NCBI GenBank assembly: GCA_046593725.1
Contig: JBKJQY010000088.1
Location: 8,623-72,622 of the forward strand
Source of the DNA: Candidatus Limnocylindrales bacterium
GTDB taxonomy: Bacteria; Chloroflexota; Limnocylindria; Limnocylindrales; CSP1-4
DNA: 64,000 bases
Direction of reading: 5' to 3'
The position numbers and the translations under genes are program-made. Of the stretch, positions 18,869 to 27,189 are shown piece by piece. Position 1 is the first letter of the stretch. The number at the start of each line of letters is the position of its first letter. A model generated the notes under the pieces. It ran no database searches, was not told the origin of the DNA, and saw only the letters and a program-made list of their open reading frames with translations.

Positions 18869-19408
18869 CTACCGTCGGCCTGGCGTGATCGAGACGACCA
18901 CCAGGATCAGCCCGATCCCGACCAGGATGAGCGGCCACCACGACCCGAGGTCGATGGCCGGCACGAACTGGCGGAACAGGAAGAACGCGCCGATGAGGAT
19001 GAGGATCAGGCCACCGATCAGCGGCCCGCGGTCCTCACCACGGGCGGCCCGCCGCCGTCGTCGTCGCTCGCGACGCATCACTCCGGCTCCGGTCTCGGGG
19101 GCGGGAGCGGCCGTGGCGGCGAACGCCGCGGTCCGTGCGTCGGGGTCCCCCGGGTCCATCGGTGGGATCGGCGACCCGGTCGGTCCGGTCGGCTCGAGAC
19201 CGGGATCCTCCGGGACGACGATCGCCATCACGATGTAGGCGATCAAGGCGAGGCCGCCAGTCAAGACGATGAGCAGCGCCCAGACGACGCGGATGATGGC
19301 TGGATCGGCGTCAAGGCGTTCGGCGACCCCTCCCGCGACGCCCGTGAGCATCCGGTCGCCGACCGATCGGTAGAGCCGGTCATCCATCGCATCCATCCTC
19401 CGGATCAA
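18869..19408 (-). CDS. pspC: PspC domain-containing membrane protein
   Basis: LYRSVGDRMLTGVAGGVAERLDADPAIIRVVWALLIVLTGGLALIAYIVMAIVVPE. Start ambiguous among three Mets (19408/19396/19387). Confidence 0.85.
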   Translation of the reverse strand: MIRRMDAMDDRLYRSVGDRMLTGVAGGVAERLDADPAIIRVVWALLIVLTGGLALIAYIVMAIVVPEDPGLEPTGPTGSPIPPMDPGDPDARTAAFAATAAPAPETGAGVMRRERRRRRRAARGEDRGPLIGGLILILIGAFFLFRQFVPAIDLGSWWPLILVGIGLILVVVSITPGRR

Positions 19409-20372
19409 GCCTGAACGAGGCGGCGTTGCCAGACGTCCGGAGATCGATCCTCATGGCCGCGCCATCGTAGCCGGAACTCGTCCACGTGGAGCCGTTCTGG
19501 ACAAGGCCGTGGTCCGCGTAGTCGAAGCTCGCGGCGACGCTGTCGGTCGTCTGGAGGCGGAGGCCGGCGCCCTCGGGGACACACAGATTCACGGACCCCG
19601 CGTTCGCCTCGATGGCGCCGGTCAGGCTCAACGCGGGCAACGTGATCCCGACCGCCCCGGCGTTCAACTCGACCTGCAGGTCGCCCATCTGGCGCACGGA
19701 CCCGAGGTCCACCGAGGTCGAGCCGCCGTTGAGGCGAAGCCAGGTCGGCCCCAGGGTGGCACCGGCGAGGTCGAACGACGTGGCGCCGCCGTTGAGCTCG
19801 ACGTCCAGGTCCAGCCGAGGATCCGTCGGAAGGCTGATGGCGATCGTGGAGCGTGCCGAGAAGATGCCGAGTGGCCCGCCGCCATCGGTCGAGCGGATCG
19901 TCAGGCTGTCCGGGCCTGCCTTCACCTCGGGTCCGTCACCGTCCCAATCCCGGCCCGTCATGCCCCATGTCGTACCGGGCGCCATCGAGACGTCCAGGTC
20001 GCCACAGTTCGCCGCGACCTGGACGGTCGCGGCCGTCGCGGCGAGGGACCCGGTCCGGTCCGCGAAGGCACGGCCGTGGGCCGGGTCCCCGCAGGCGCCT
20101 GCAGACAGGTTCCCGGCGCCACCCAGGCCCGCGCTCAGCAAGCCGCCGACCATGAGCCCGAACGTGGCCGCGACGATCAGGGCGCCGACGAAGGCGAAGC
20201 GCGATCGACCGAGCAACAGCCCGACGCCCAGGCCGATCAGGATCATCGGCCACAGGGTCCACAGGTCGCTGACCTGGGACTCGGTCAGGACGCCCGCCCG
20301 GACCGCCAGGGGGATGGCGCCGGCGAGGATCAGGAAGACGCCCCAGCCGAAGGCGCCTCGTCGGATGTGCAT
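19380..20372 (-). CDS. Membrane protein with LiaF/LiaG-like (toastrack, beta-helical) C-terminal domain
   Basis: N-terminal TM helices (GWGVFLILAGAIPLAV, WPMILIGLGVGLLLG, FVGALIVAATFGLMVGGLL). C-terminal repeated 'LDVELNGGATSFDL / LRLNGGSTSVDL / LQVELNAGAVGITL / IEANAGSVNL' strands. Adjacent to pspC. Confidence 0.6.
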   Translation of the reverse strand: MHIRRGAFGWGVFLILAGAIPLAVRAGVLTESQVSDLWTLWPMILIGLGVGLLLGRSRFAFVGALIVAATFGLMVGGLLSAGLGGAGNLSAGACGDPAHGRAFADRTGSLAATAATVQVAANCGDLDVSMAPGTTWGMTGRDWDGDGPEVKAGPDSLTIRSTDGGGPLGIFSARSTIAISLPTDPRLDLDVELNGGATSFDLAGATLGPTWLRLNGGSTSVDLGSVRQMGDLQVELNAGAVGITLPALSLTGAIEANAGSVNLCVPEGAGLRLQTTDSVAASFDYADHGLVQNGSTWTSSGYDGAAMRIDLRTSGNAASFRLDPEDGCDG

Positions 20373-20446
20373 GGGCCAACGGTACCTCGCGCTCGTGGGC
20401 GTGTGCTAGCCTCGGGTCCTGGTCGTGGGCAGCGGGGAGGGGTTCG

Positions 20447-20986
20447 ATGCACCTGAGCGAGTGGATGACAGCAGCGCCGCACAAGAACGCCTCGACGCCG
20501 AAGGTGATGAACGTCATCGACCCGATGGTGACGATGCTCGGAACCGATCCCGACCCGGCCTGTTGGGTGGCCTGGGGTGACGACCCTGGCGTGCGCTACA
20601 CGATCTTCGCAGCCACCGCTGCCGGGCTGGTCCAGGTCAACGTGCGCGTGAACGTGCCGGGCGAAGGGCCAAGGGCGAGCGGCAAGCTCATTCGCTGGAA
20701 CCGGGTCCAGCTGGGGGACCTTGCGGTCGAGATGCAGGGCGGTCACCGGATCCTGAGCGTGCCACTGGAAGGCCAGATCCTGCGCGGGACGGACGAAACG
20801 GCGGATCTCGTTGCAGCATTCGTGCTGGACGCATTGGCGGCCATCGATGGCCGGCCCCGCTCGGTCCACGCCCCGAATTCGGCGAACGGCAAGCGTGGGC
20901 CGAAGGCCGTGCCCCTCGGGCCGTCCGACATTCCCGAGGCGACCGACGTGCCGCCGCTGGAGGCGCCCAAGGAGTCATCGTCCTGA
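20447..20986 (+). CDS. Hypothetical protein
   Basis: 179-aa ORF with ordinary composition and no recognised motif. An internal Met (MNVIDPM) is an alternative start. Confidence 0.45.
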   Translation: MHLSEWMTAAPHKNASTPKVMNVIDPMVTMLGTDPDPACWVAWGDDPGVRYTIFAATAAGLVQVNVRVNVPGEGPRASGKLIRWNRVQLGDLAVEMQGGHRILSVPLEGQILRGTDETADLVAAFVLDALAAIDGRPRSVHAPNSANGKRGPKAVPLGPSDIPEATDVPPLEAPKESSS

Positions 20987-21630
20987 ACGCCGCGGTCATC
21001 TTCGACCTGGACGGGGTCCTCGTGGACTCGGAGATCTGGTGGGACGAGATCAGGACCGCCTTCGCAACAACGCATGGTCGCGCGTGGACGTCCGCCGATC
21101 AGGCAGCGGTCATGGGTGCGAACTCACGTGCCTGGGCCCATACCATGCGGGTCCGCCTGGACCTGGGCGTCGAGGAGGGCGATATCGAAGCGGCGATCGT
21201 GGACGCCGTCGTGGCGCGCTATCGCACCGAAGGAGCGCCTGACATCCCGGGTGCGACCGAGGCGGTCCACCGGATCGCCGCAACGCGGCCGGTCGCGGTG
21301 GCGTCGTCGGCGCATCGTGCGGTGATCGATGCCGCCCTGACCGCCACCGGCCTCACGGACGTCTTCAAGGTCGTGGTTTCCTCGGACGAGGTCCTCTACG
21401 GAAAGCCCGCGCCGGACGTCTATCTCGAGACGGCGAGGCGGCTGGGTGTCCGACCGACGGCCTGCATCGTCGTGGAGGACTCGTACAACGGGGTTCGGGC
21501 GGGCAAGGCAGCCGGCATGACGGTCGTGCTGGTCCCGAACGCCAGCGTCCCGCCGGCCGAGGGGACCCACGAGCTGGCCGACCTGGTCCTCGCTCGACTG
21601 GCCGACCTGGATCCGGACGCCCTTCCATGA
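20983..21630 (+). CDS. HAD-superfamily hydrolase (beta-phosphoglucomutase/phosphatase-like subfamily IA)
   Basis: Motif I AVIFDLDGVLVDSE is encoded at 20992-21033, upstream of the first canonical start (GTG 21022). Later VASSA, GKPAPDVY, VVEDSYNGVRAGKAAGM. Putative CTG start 20983 lies 8 nt after AAGGAG. The canonical-start alternative is 21022..21630. Confidence 0.8.
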   Translation: MNAAVIFDLDGVLVDSEIWWDEIRTAFATTHGRAWTSADQAAVMGANSRAWAHTMRVRLDLGVEEGDIEAAIVDAVVARYRTEGAPDIPGATEAVHRIAATRPVAVASSAHRAVIDAALTATGLTDVFKVVVSSDEVLYGKPAPDVYLETARRLGVRPTACIVVEDSYNGVRAGKAAGMTVVLVPNASVPPAEGTHELADLVLARLADLDPDALP

Positions 21631-22391
21631 CGGACCGCGTGCGGATGGCCCGGATGACGGTGCGCTACTGGCTCACCAGGACGGTGGCCGCGGCGTTCGT
21701 GCGAGCGTACCTGCGCGTCCGTCTCGTGGGCGGCGAGCGGCTGACCGGGCAGCCGGCCATCTACTGCTTCAGCCACCTGAGCTGGACGGACCCGTTCCTC
21801 CTGCTGGCGACACTTCCGGGGCGGCCGCGCCTGTCGTTCTTCGGTCCGAAAGAGGAGGACATGTCGGCCGGGGGCCGCAATCGCCTGATGACCTGGACCG
21901 GGACGGCCATCCCGTACAAACCGGCCAAGACAGACCTGCGCGACGCGACCCGTCGGGTGGAGCGCGTGCTGGCAGCGGGCGGGGTCCTCGCGATCGCCGG
22001 CGAGGGTCGGATCCACGCCTTGGAGCGAGACCTCCTGCCGTTGAGCGAGGGTCCCGCGTATTTCGCCCTGCGCGCTGGGGTCCCGATCGTTCCGATCGCG
22101 ATCCACGGCTCCAGCTGGCTCCGCTTCGGGGGTCGTGTGACGGTCACGGTGGGGGAGGCGATCCCGGTCGCCGGTCGCGCCAACCGCGAGGCGGTGGACG
22201 GACTCACGGAGCAAGCCTGGACGGCCCTGTACGCGATGGTGTCGGACGCACCCGAGGTGCCTCAGCCAGGACGGTTCGGGGGGTGGCTGACCGAGGTCTT
22301 CAACGACTGGCCGGAGGGGTCGCGCGAGGCGGCACTGGCGGCGGAGATCGCAGCTCCTCCGCTCTGGCATACTCGCGACGACCATCCCTGA
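21627..22391 (+). CDS. 1-acyl-sn-glycerol-3-phosphate acyltransferase family (PlsC-like)
   Basis: HX4D motif in CFSHLSWTDPFLL, plus IAGEGRI and PIVPIAIHG. ATGA overlap with the HAD gene. Confidence 0.82.
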   Translation: MTDRVRMARMTVRYWLTRTVAAAFVRAYLRVRLVGGERLTGQPAIYCFSHLSWTDPFLLLATLPGRPRLSFFGPKEEDMSAGGRNRLMTWTGTAIPYKPAKTDLRDATRRVERVLAAGGVLAIAGEGRIHALERDLLPLSEGPAYFALRAGVPIVPIAIHGSSWLRFGGRVTVTVGEAIPVAGRANREAVDGLTEQAWTALYAMVSDAPEVPQPGRFGGWLTEVFNDWPEGSREAALAAEIAAPPLWHTRDDHP

Positions 22392-22404
22392 GGCAGGAGG
22401 AAGC

Positions 22405-22770
22405 GTGGGATCGACCGGGCTGTCGAGCGACCCGAAGGAATACCGGACTCGACTCGACGAGCAGAGCGACGAGCAGATCGACGCGTGGGCGGCGGAACTC
22501 ATGCGCGACGTGTCCATCCGGCGCGGCGTGCGCAAGGTCGTCCGCGATTTCAAGCACGCGGCCGCGCTCGATGACGCTGGTTTCGAACGGGTGTTCGCAT
22601 CTGGCGGCGGACCGCCGGCCTCGATCGGCCGGGACCGGGCGGGTGACCTGATGGTGCCGGCGATCACGTTGCACGCGCTGGTCCCCGGCATCCACGCCCA
22701 GGTCCGGGACGGTCGACGGCGCCTGGTCGAATACCTCGTCGAAAACTTCGAGGAGATCGTCTACGTCTGA
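22405..22770 (+). CDS. Hypothetical protein
   Basis: 121-aa ORF, GTG start after AGGAGGAAG, normal composition, no motif recognised. Confidence 0.45.
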   Translation: MGSTGLSSDPKEYRTRLDEQSDEQIDAWAAELMRDVSIRRGVRKVVRDFKHAAALDDAGFERVFASGGGPPASIGRDRAGDLMVPAITLHALVPGIHAQVRDGRRRLVEYLVENFEEIVYV

Positions 22771-22846
22771 CGGCCTTGGGCTCGTCCGGCTGACCCATCC
22801 GTTCCCCTCGCTCCTGAACGGCCTGATCGCGGCGGCGGTCGCTCTG

Positions 22847-23608
22847 GTGGCCGGCGGGGGAGTCCTCGTCGCCACGCGCCTTGGCCTCGCCATGGTGGCG
22901 CTCCAGGTCTCGATCGGGACGCTCAACGACATCCTCGACGCTGACCGCGATGCCGGTCGCATCCCACCCAAGCCCATCCCGGCTGGGCTCGTATCGGCGC
23001 GCGTGGCTCGCGCGGTCTGGATCGGGTCGGCGGCGGCGGGCCTGCTGCTGGTGGTCCCATCGGGAGCGGCGACGCTGGCGGTGGCCGTCGTGGGGCTGGC
23101 GATCGGTTACGGCTACGACCGGTTCGCGAAGGGGACCGCGTGGTCGTGGCTGCCGTTCGCGCTGGGCATCCCGCTGATCCCCGTGTACGGCTGGATCGGG
23201 ACCGGCCAACCCCTGCCGGAGCCCTTCGCGGTCCTCCTCCCATGCGCCGTTCTGGCCGGGGCGGCCCTGGCCATCGCCAACGCCAGCGCGGACGTGGAGC
23301 GCGACTGCGAGAGCGGCGTCGCTTCCGTGGCCGTGCGCCTGGGCCTTGAGCGGGCCTGGTTGGTGCATCTGGCACTCATCGGTGTGGCGGTCGCGGTGAT
23401 CGGCGGTTCGCTGGCCCGCTCGGAGGTGGGCCTCGGGCCCGTCGTAGGGGCGATCGTGGGCGTGGCCGTGGTGGGTGTCGGCGCCGCCCAGGGTGCGACG
23501 ATCGCCGGGCGCCATCCGACCCCGACGCAGCGCGAGCGGGCGTGGGAGGCGGAGGCCGTGGGGATGGGCATCCTGGCCACGGCCTGGCTGGTGGGTCTCG
23601 CGGGCTGA
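22847..23608 (+). CDS. UbiA-family prenyltransferase (N-terminus probably extends upstream of the first canonical start)
   Basis: NDILDADRDAG (NDxxDxxxD) motif and multiple TM helices. Frame 2 upstream of 22847 encodes LGLVRLTHPFPSLLNGLIAAAVAL, which looks like the conserved first helix. Confidence 0.8.
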   Translation: MAGGGVLVATRLGLAMVALQVSIGTLNDILDADRDAGRIPPKPIPAGLVSARVARAVWIGSAAAGLLLVVPSGAATLAVAVVGLAIGYGYDRFAKGTAWSWLPFALGIPLIPVYGWIGTGQPLPEPFAVLLPCAVLAGAALAIANASADVERDCESGVASVAVRLGLERAWLVHLALIGVAVAVIGGSLARSEVGLGPVVGAIVGVAVVGVGAAQGATIAGRHPTPTQRERAWEAEAVGMGILATAWLVGLAG

Positions 23609-23624
23609 CCCGGAGTTCCGGGGT

Positions 23625-24626
23625 CTAGTAGGTGGAGTCGTCGCTCCGGACGAGGGCGATCGCATTCTCCAGCCTGAGCTTGGAGATCGTAAGGTACTTG
23701 GCCAGGTTGGCCCGGTCCGTGGCGGGGATGGACTCCCGGATGTCGGTGCTCCGCAAGACGTCGACGAGACCCTCGATCGCGTCGGCCAGGTGCTGCTTGG
23801 CGTTGACGAGGGAGTCGTCGGTGAGGGCCACGGCGTGCCATGGCTCGGCGACCTCCTCGGCGGCGTCAGCTGCCGCCGGTTCCTCGGTGGCGTTGTCGAT
23901 CTCCTCGACCTGGCGTGGGGTCCTCGCCGGCCGACCGTCGATCTTCTCGCGAAGCTTGATGAGGGTCAGCTCGCCGCGCGCGACCTGCTCGGTCAACCGT
24001 CGGCGCTTCTTGGGGTCCTCGACCTTCATCAGCTCGTAGGCATGCGACAGGCTGTCTTTGCGCAAGGACACCAGTTCGCGGATCTCATCGGGTGCGCCGG
24101 CGAGGCGTAGCCGATTCTCGAGGTAGCCCTTGTCCTTGCCCAGTTTCTCGGCGAGCTTCCGGATGCTGTAGCCATGCTCGTGGACCATCCGGTCGTACAT
24201 GGCGGCCTCGTCGAGAGGCGTGAGGTCTTCGCGCTGGAGGTTCTCGATGATGGAGATCTCCAGGGCGGTGTCGTCGTCGATCTCCTCGATGAGGGCGGGG
24301 ATGGACACGAGCCCGGCAAGACGCGACGCGCGCCAGCGCCGCTCGCCGGCGACGATCTGATATCGGTTGGGTCCGATGGGGCGAACGAGGATCGGCTGCA
24401 GGACGCCATGTTCGCGGATCGACGACGCGAGTTCCTCGAGGGCGCTCTCTTCGAACAGGACGCGGGGCTGCTTCGGGTTCGGGTCGATACGGTCGATAGG
24501 CACGATCCGGACACCAACGCTGCGCGTCGGGCTGTCCGGAGTCAGGAGGCTGACGATGGCGGGGGACAGCTCGCTGTCCTCGGACAGCCGCCGTGCGGCG
24601 GCGGCTCGGAAATCGGTCCTAGCCAA
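23625..24626 (-). CDS. parB: Chromosome partitioning protein ParB/Spo0J
   Basis: [37 protein letters not shown]...[18 protein letters not shown]...[16 protein letters not shown]; [24 protein letters not shown]. Confidence 0.93.
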   Translation of the reverse strand: MARTDFRAAAARRLSEDSELSPAIVSLLTPDSPTRSVGVRIVPIDRIDPNPKQPRVLFEESALEELASSIREHGVLQPILVRPIGPNRYQIVAGERRWRASRLAGLVSIPALIEEIDDDTALEISIIENLQREDLTPLDEAAMYDRMVHEHGYSIRKLAEKLGKDKGYLENRLRLAGAPDEIRELVSLRKDSLSHAYELMKVEDPKKRRRLTEQVARGELTLIKLREKIDGRPARTPRQVEEIDNATEEPAAADAAEEVAEPWHAVALTDDSLVNAKQHLADAIEGLVDVLRSTDIRESIPATDRANLAKYLTISKLRLENAIALVRSDDSTY

Positions 24627-25383
24627 GGTTGATCACCTCCTGGGCGAGATCGCGGTACTGCTTCGCGGCATCCGTGCTGCTGGCGTACGACGTGATGGGC
24701 CGGCCGACGAGGGGAGCCTCGCCCAACTTCACGGTGTTGCGGATGATGCTGTGGAAAACGTGATGGTCGCCGACGACGCGTAACTCCTCGAGCATGTCCT
24801 TCGCCAGGTTGGTGCGACCGTCATAGAACGTCGCGAGCAGGCCCAGAACGCGCAGATCCTTGTTCAGCTTCAGGCGGATCGCATTGATCACCTTGACGAG
24901 GTTGTTGAGGCCCTTCAGCGCGTAGTACTGCGTCTGGACGGGGATGATGACGCCAGTCGACGCCACGAGGCTGTTGACCGTCAGCAGGCCGAGGTTGGGC
25001 GGGCAATCGATCAGCACGTAGTCGTAGTCGGCTAGATGGCCGTCCAGCGCCTCGCGCAGGATCTGTTCTCGGCCGAGGGCGGTGAACAGTTCTCCTTCCG
25101 TCGACGCCAGATCGATATGCGCCGGGGCGACGAAGACGCCGTCCGTCTCGGTCGGCAGGATGACCTCCGCCAACGTGGACCGGCCGTCGGCGAGGACGTC
25201 CGCCATCGAGCGTTCGATCGTGTTGAGGTTGATGCCGAGTCCGGCAGTGAGATTCGCCTGCGGGTCCATGTCGACACACAGGACGCGAAGTCCGGTCTCG
25301 GCGAGGGCGCCGGCGAGGTTGATCGCCGTCGTCGTCTTACCGACGCCGCCCTTCTGGTTCGCGATCGAGATCACGTTCGTCAC
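24619..25383 (-). CDS. parA: Chromosome partitioning ATPase ParA/Soj
   Basis: Deviant Walker [38 protein letters not shown]. 8-bp overlap with parB. Confidence 0.95.
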   Translation of the reverse strand: MTNVISIANQKGGVGKTTTAINLAGALAETGLRVLCVDMDPQANLTAGLGINLNTIERSMADVLADGRSTLAEVILPTETDGVFVAPAHIDLASTEGELFTALGREQILREALDGHLADYDYVLIDCPPNLGLLTVNSLVASTGVIIPVQTQYYALKGLNNLVKVINAIRLKLNKDLRVLGLLATFYDGRTNLAKDMLEELRVVGDHHVFHSIIRNTVKLGEAPLVGRPITSYASSTDAAKQYRDLAQEVINLG

Positions 25384-25486
25384 AGGCGCATCACCTCAAA
25401 GCTGGTCATCTCATGCCGCCGGGCCGCGACGCGGCAGGAAAGCGTCCGGACATGCTACCCCCTGTCGAGTCGTTTGGCGCACTCGG

Positions 25487-25529
25487 TTATCCACACCATT
25501 CGAGAGTTGTTCACCGAATCTGTGGATAT
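25487..25529. promoter_or_regulatory. Pair of inverted DnaA-box-like 9-mers (plus one weaker box) in the parA/carboxylase divergent region
   Basis: TTATCCACA (25487-25495, perfect consensus), TGTGGATAT (25521-25529, the reverse complement of ATATCCACA), and TTGTTCACC (25507-25515). Locally AT-richer. Confidence 0.4.
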
Positions 25530-25608
25530 CCGTCCGAGCCACGAGGGAGCCGTGTTCGGGACTATCATGACGGTGTCCTTGCGCAAAGACAGGCTTGGAG
25601 CGTCACGA

Positions 25609-27153
25609 GTGCCAACGAACGACGAGCGGATCGAGCGACTCGAGCGGATGCGTGCAGCCTCGCTCCTGGGCGGTGGTGTCGAACGGATCGAGCGACAGCA
25701 CGCCGCTGGCAAGCTGACAGCGCGCGAGCGCCTCGACCTGCTGCTGGACCCGGGGTCCTTCGTCGAACTGGACGGGTTCGTCACCAACCGTCTCGCCACG
25801 AATGGGGGAGGCGTTCTGGGCGATGGTGTCGTCACGGGTCACGGCTTGATCGACGGTCGGCTGGTCTTCGTGTTCAGCCAGGACTTCACCGTGTTCGGTG
25901 GCTCGTTGTCGGAGGCGTACGCGGGCAAGATCTGCAAGGTGATGGATCTGGCGATGAAGGTCGGGGCGCCGATCGTCGGACTGAACGACTCGGGCGGTGC
26001 GCGGATCCAGGAGGGGGTGGTGTCGCTGGGAGGGTATGCGGAGATCTTCCTTCGCAACGTCCTCGCGTCAGGCGTCGTGCCGCAGATTTCGGTCGTCCTG
26101 GGACCATGTGCCGGTGGCGCCGTGTATTCACCGGCGATCACGGACTTCACCGTGATGGTCGAGGGGACGAGCTACATGTTCGTGACCGGGCCGAATGTCG
26201 TGAAGACCGTGACCCACGAAGAGGTTGACGCGGAGTTCCTTGGCGGCGCGACCACGCATACGACACAGAGTGGCGTCGCTCATCTCGCGATGCCCGACGA
26301 AGCCGCCGCGCTGGATGCCACGCGGCGCCTGTTGTCCCACCTGCCCCAGAACAACCTTGGGACCGCGCCGAAGTCCGTGTCGACCGATCCGCGCGATCGG
26401 ATGGACCTCGCATTGGACACGATCGTCCCGGACGACCCGAGGGTGCCCTATGACATGCATGACGTTCTTGGCCACATCGTTGACGACGGCGCGTTCTTCG
26501 AGATCCAGCCCGGATGGGCCGCGAACATCCTGTGCGGGTTCGCGCACCTCGGCGGCGTCAGTGTCGGCATCGTCGGCCAGCAACCGTCGGTCCTTGCCGG
26601 CGCGCTGGATATCGACGCGTCAGTGAAGGCCGCGCGTTTCGTTCGGACGTGCGATGCGTTCAACGTGCCACTCGTGTCATTCGTGGATGTGCCGGGATTC
26701 CTGCCGGGCGTGGCACAGGAACATGGCGGCATCATCCGGCATGGCGCGAAGTTGTTGTTCGCGTACGCCGAAGCCACCGTCCCCAAGTTGACCGTCATCA
26801 CACGCAAGGCCTACGGCGGCGCCTACGACGTGATGAGCAGCAAGCACATCCGTGGCGACATGAACTTCGCATGGCCCACCGCGGAGATCGCGGTCATGGG
26901 TGCCGAGGGCGCCGTAAACATCATCGCGAAGGACGAGATCGCGGCGGCGGCGGATCCTGTCCGGGAGCGCGCACGCCGGGTGGCCGAATACGAGACCGAA
27001 TTCGCGCACCCGTACATCGCGGCCGCGCGAGGGTACGTCGACGATGTCATCAAGCCTTCCGAAACGCGGCCGCGATTGATCGTCGCGCTACAGATGCTGT
27101 CGGACAAGCGCGACACGAATCCACGGAAGAAGCATGGCAACATCCCGCTGTGA
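25609..27153 (+). CDS. pccB: Acyl-CoA (propionyl/methylmalonyl-CoA) carboxyltransferase beta subunit
   Basis: [87 protein letters not shown] 25609 has an upstream GGAG; ATG 25567 is the alternative start. Confidence 0.92.
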   Translation: MPTNDERIERLERMRAASLLGGGVERIERQHAAGKLTARERLDLLLDPGSFVELDGFVTNRLATNGGGVLGDGVVTGHGLIDGRLVFVFSQDFTVFGGSLSEAYAGKICKVMDLAMKVGAPIVGLNDSGGARIQEGVVSLGGYAEIFLRNVLASGVVPQISVVLGPCAGGAVYSPAITDFTVMVEGTSYMFVTGPNVVKTVTHEEVDAEFLGGATTHTTQSGVAHLAMPDEAAALDATRRLLSHLPQNNLGTAPKSVSTDPRDRMDLALDTIVPDDPRVPYDMHDVLGHIVDDGAFFEIQPGWAANILCGFAHLGGVSVGIVGQQPSVLAGALDIDASVKAARFVRTCDAFNVPLVSFVDVPGFLPGVAQEHGGIIRHGAKLLFAYAEATVPKLTVITRKAYGGAYDVMSSKHIRGDMNFAWPTAEIAVMGAEGAVNIIAKDEIAAAADPVRERARRVAEYETEFAHPYIAAARGYVDDVIKPSETRPRLIVALQMLSDKRDTNPRKKHGNIPL

Positions 27154-27156
27154 GGC

Positions 27157-27184
27157 GCGACCGTCTTTGCGCAAAGACGGTCGC
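27157..27184. promoter_or_regulatory. Perfect 28-bp palindrome between carboxyltransferase and biotin carboxylase genes
   Basis: GCGACCGTCTTTGC|GCAAAGACGGTCGC. Lies 4 nt after the pccB stop and 5 nt before ATG 27190. A related copy GTCCTTGCGCAAAGACAG sits at 25575-25592. Confidence 0.7.
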
Positions 27185-27189
27185 CGGGC

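Noticed and set aside
25384-25608. Chromosomal replication origin (oriC) next to parA
   Set aside because: Only two good DnaA boxes and one weak one are present. There is no AT-rich unwinding element, and dnaA, dnaN and rsmG are not adjacent. Kept only as a DnaA-box cluster finding.
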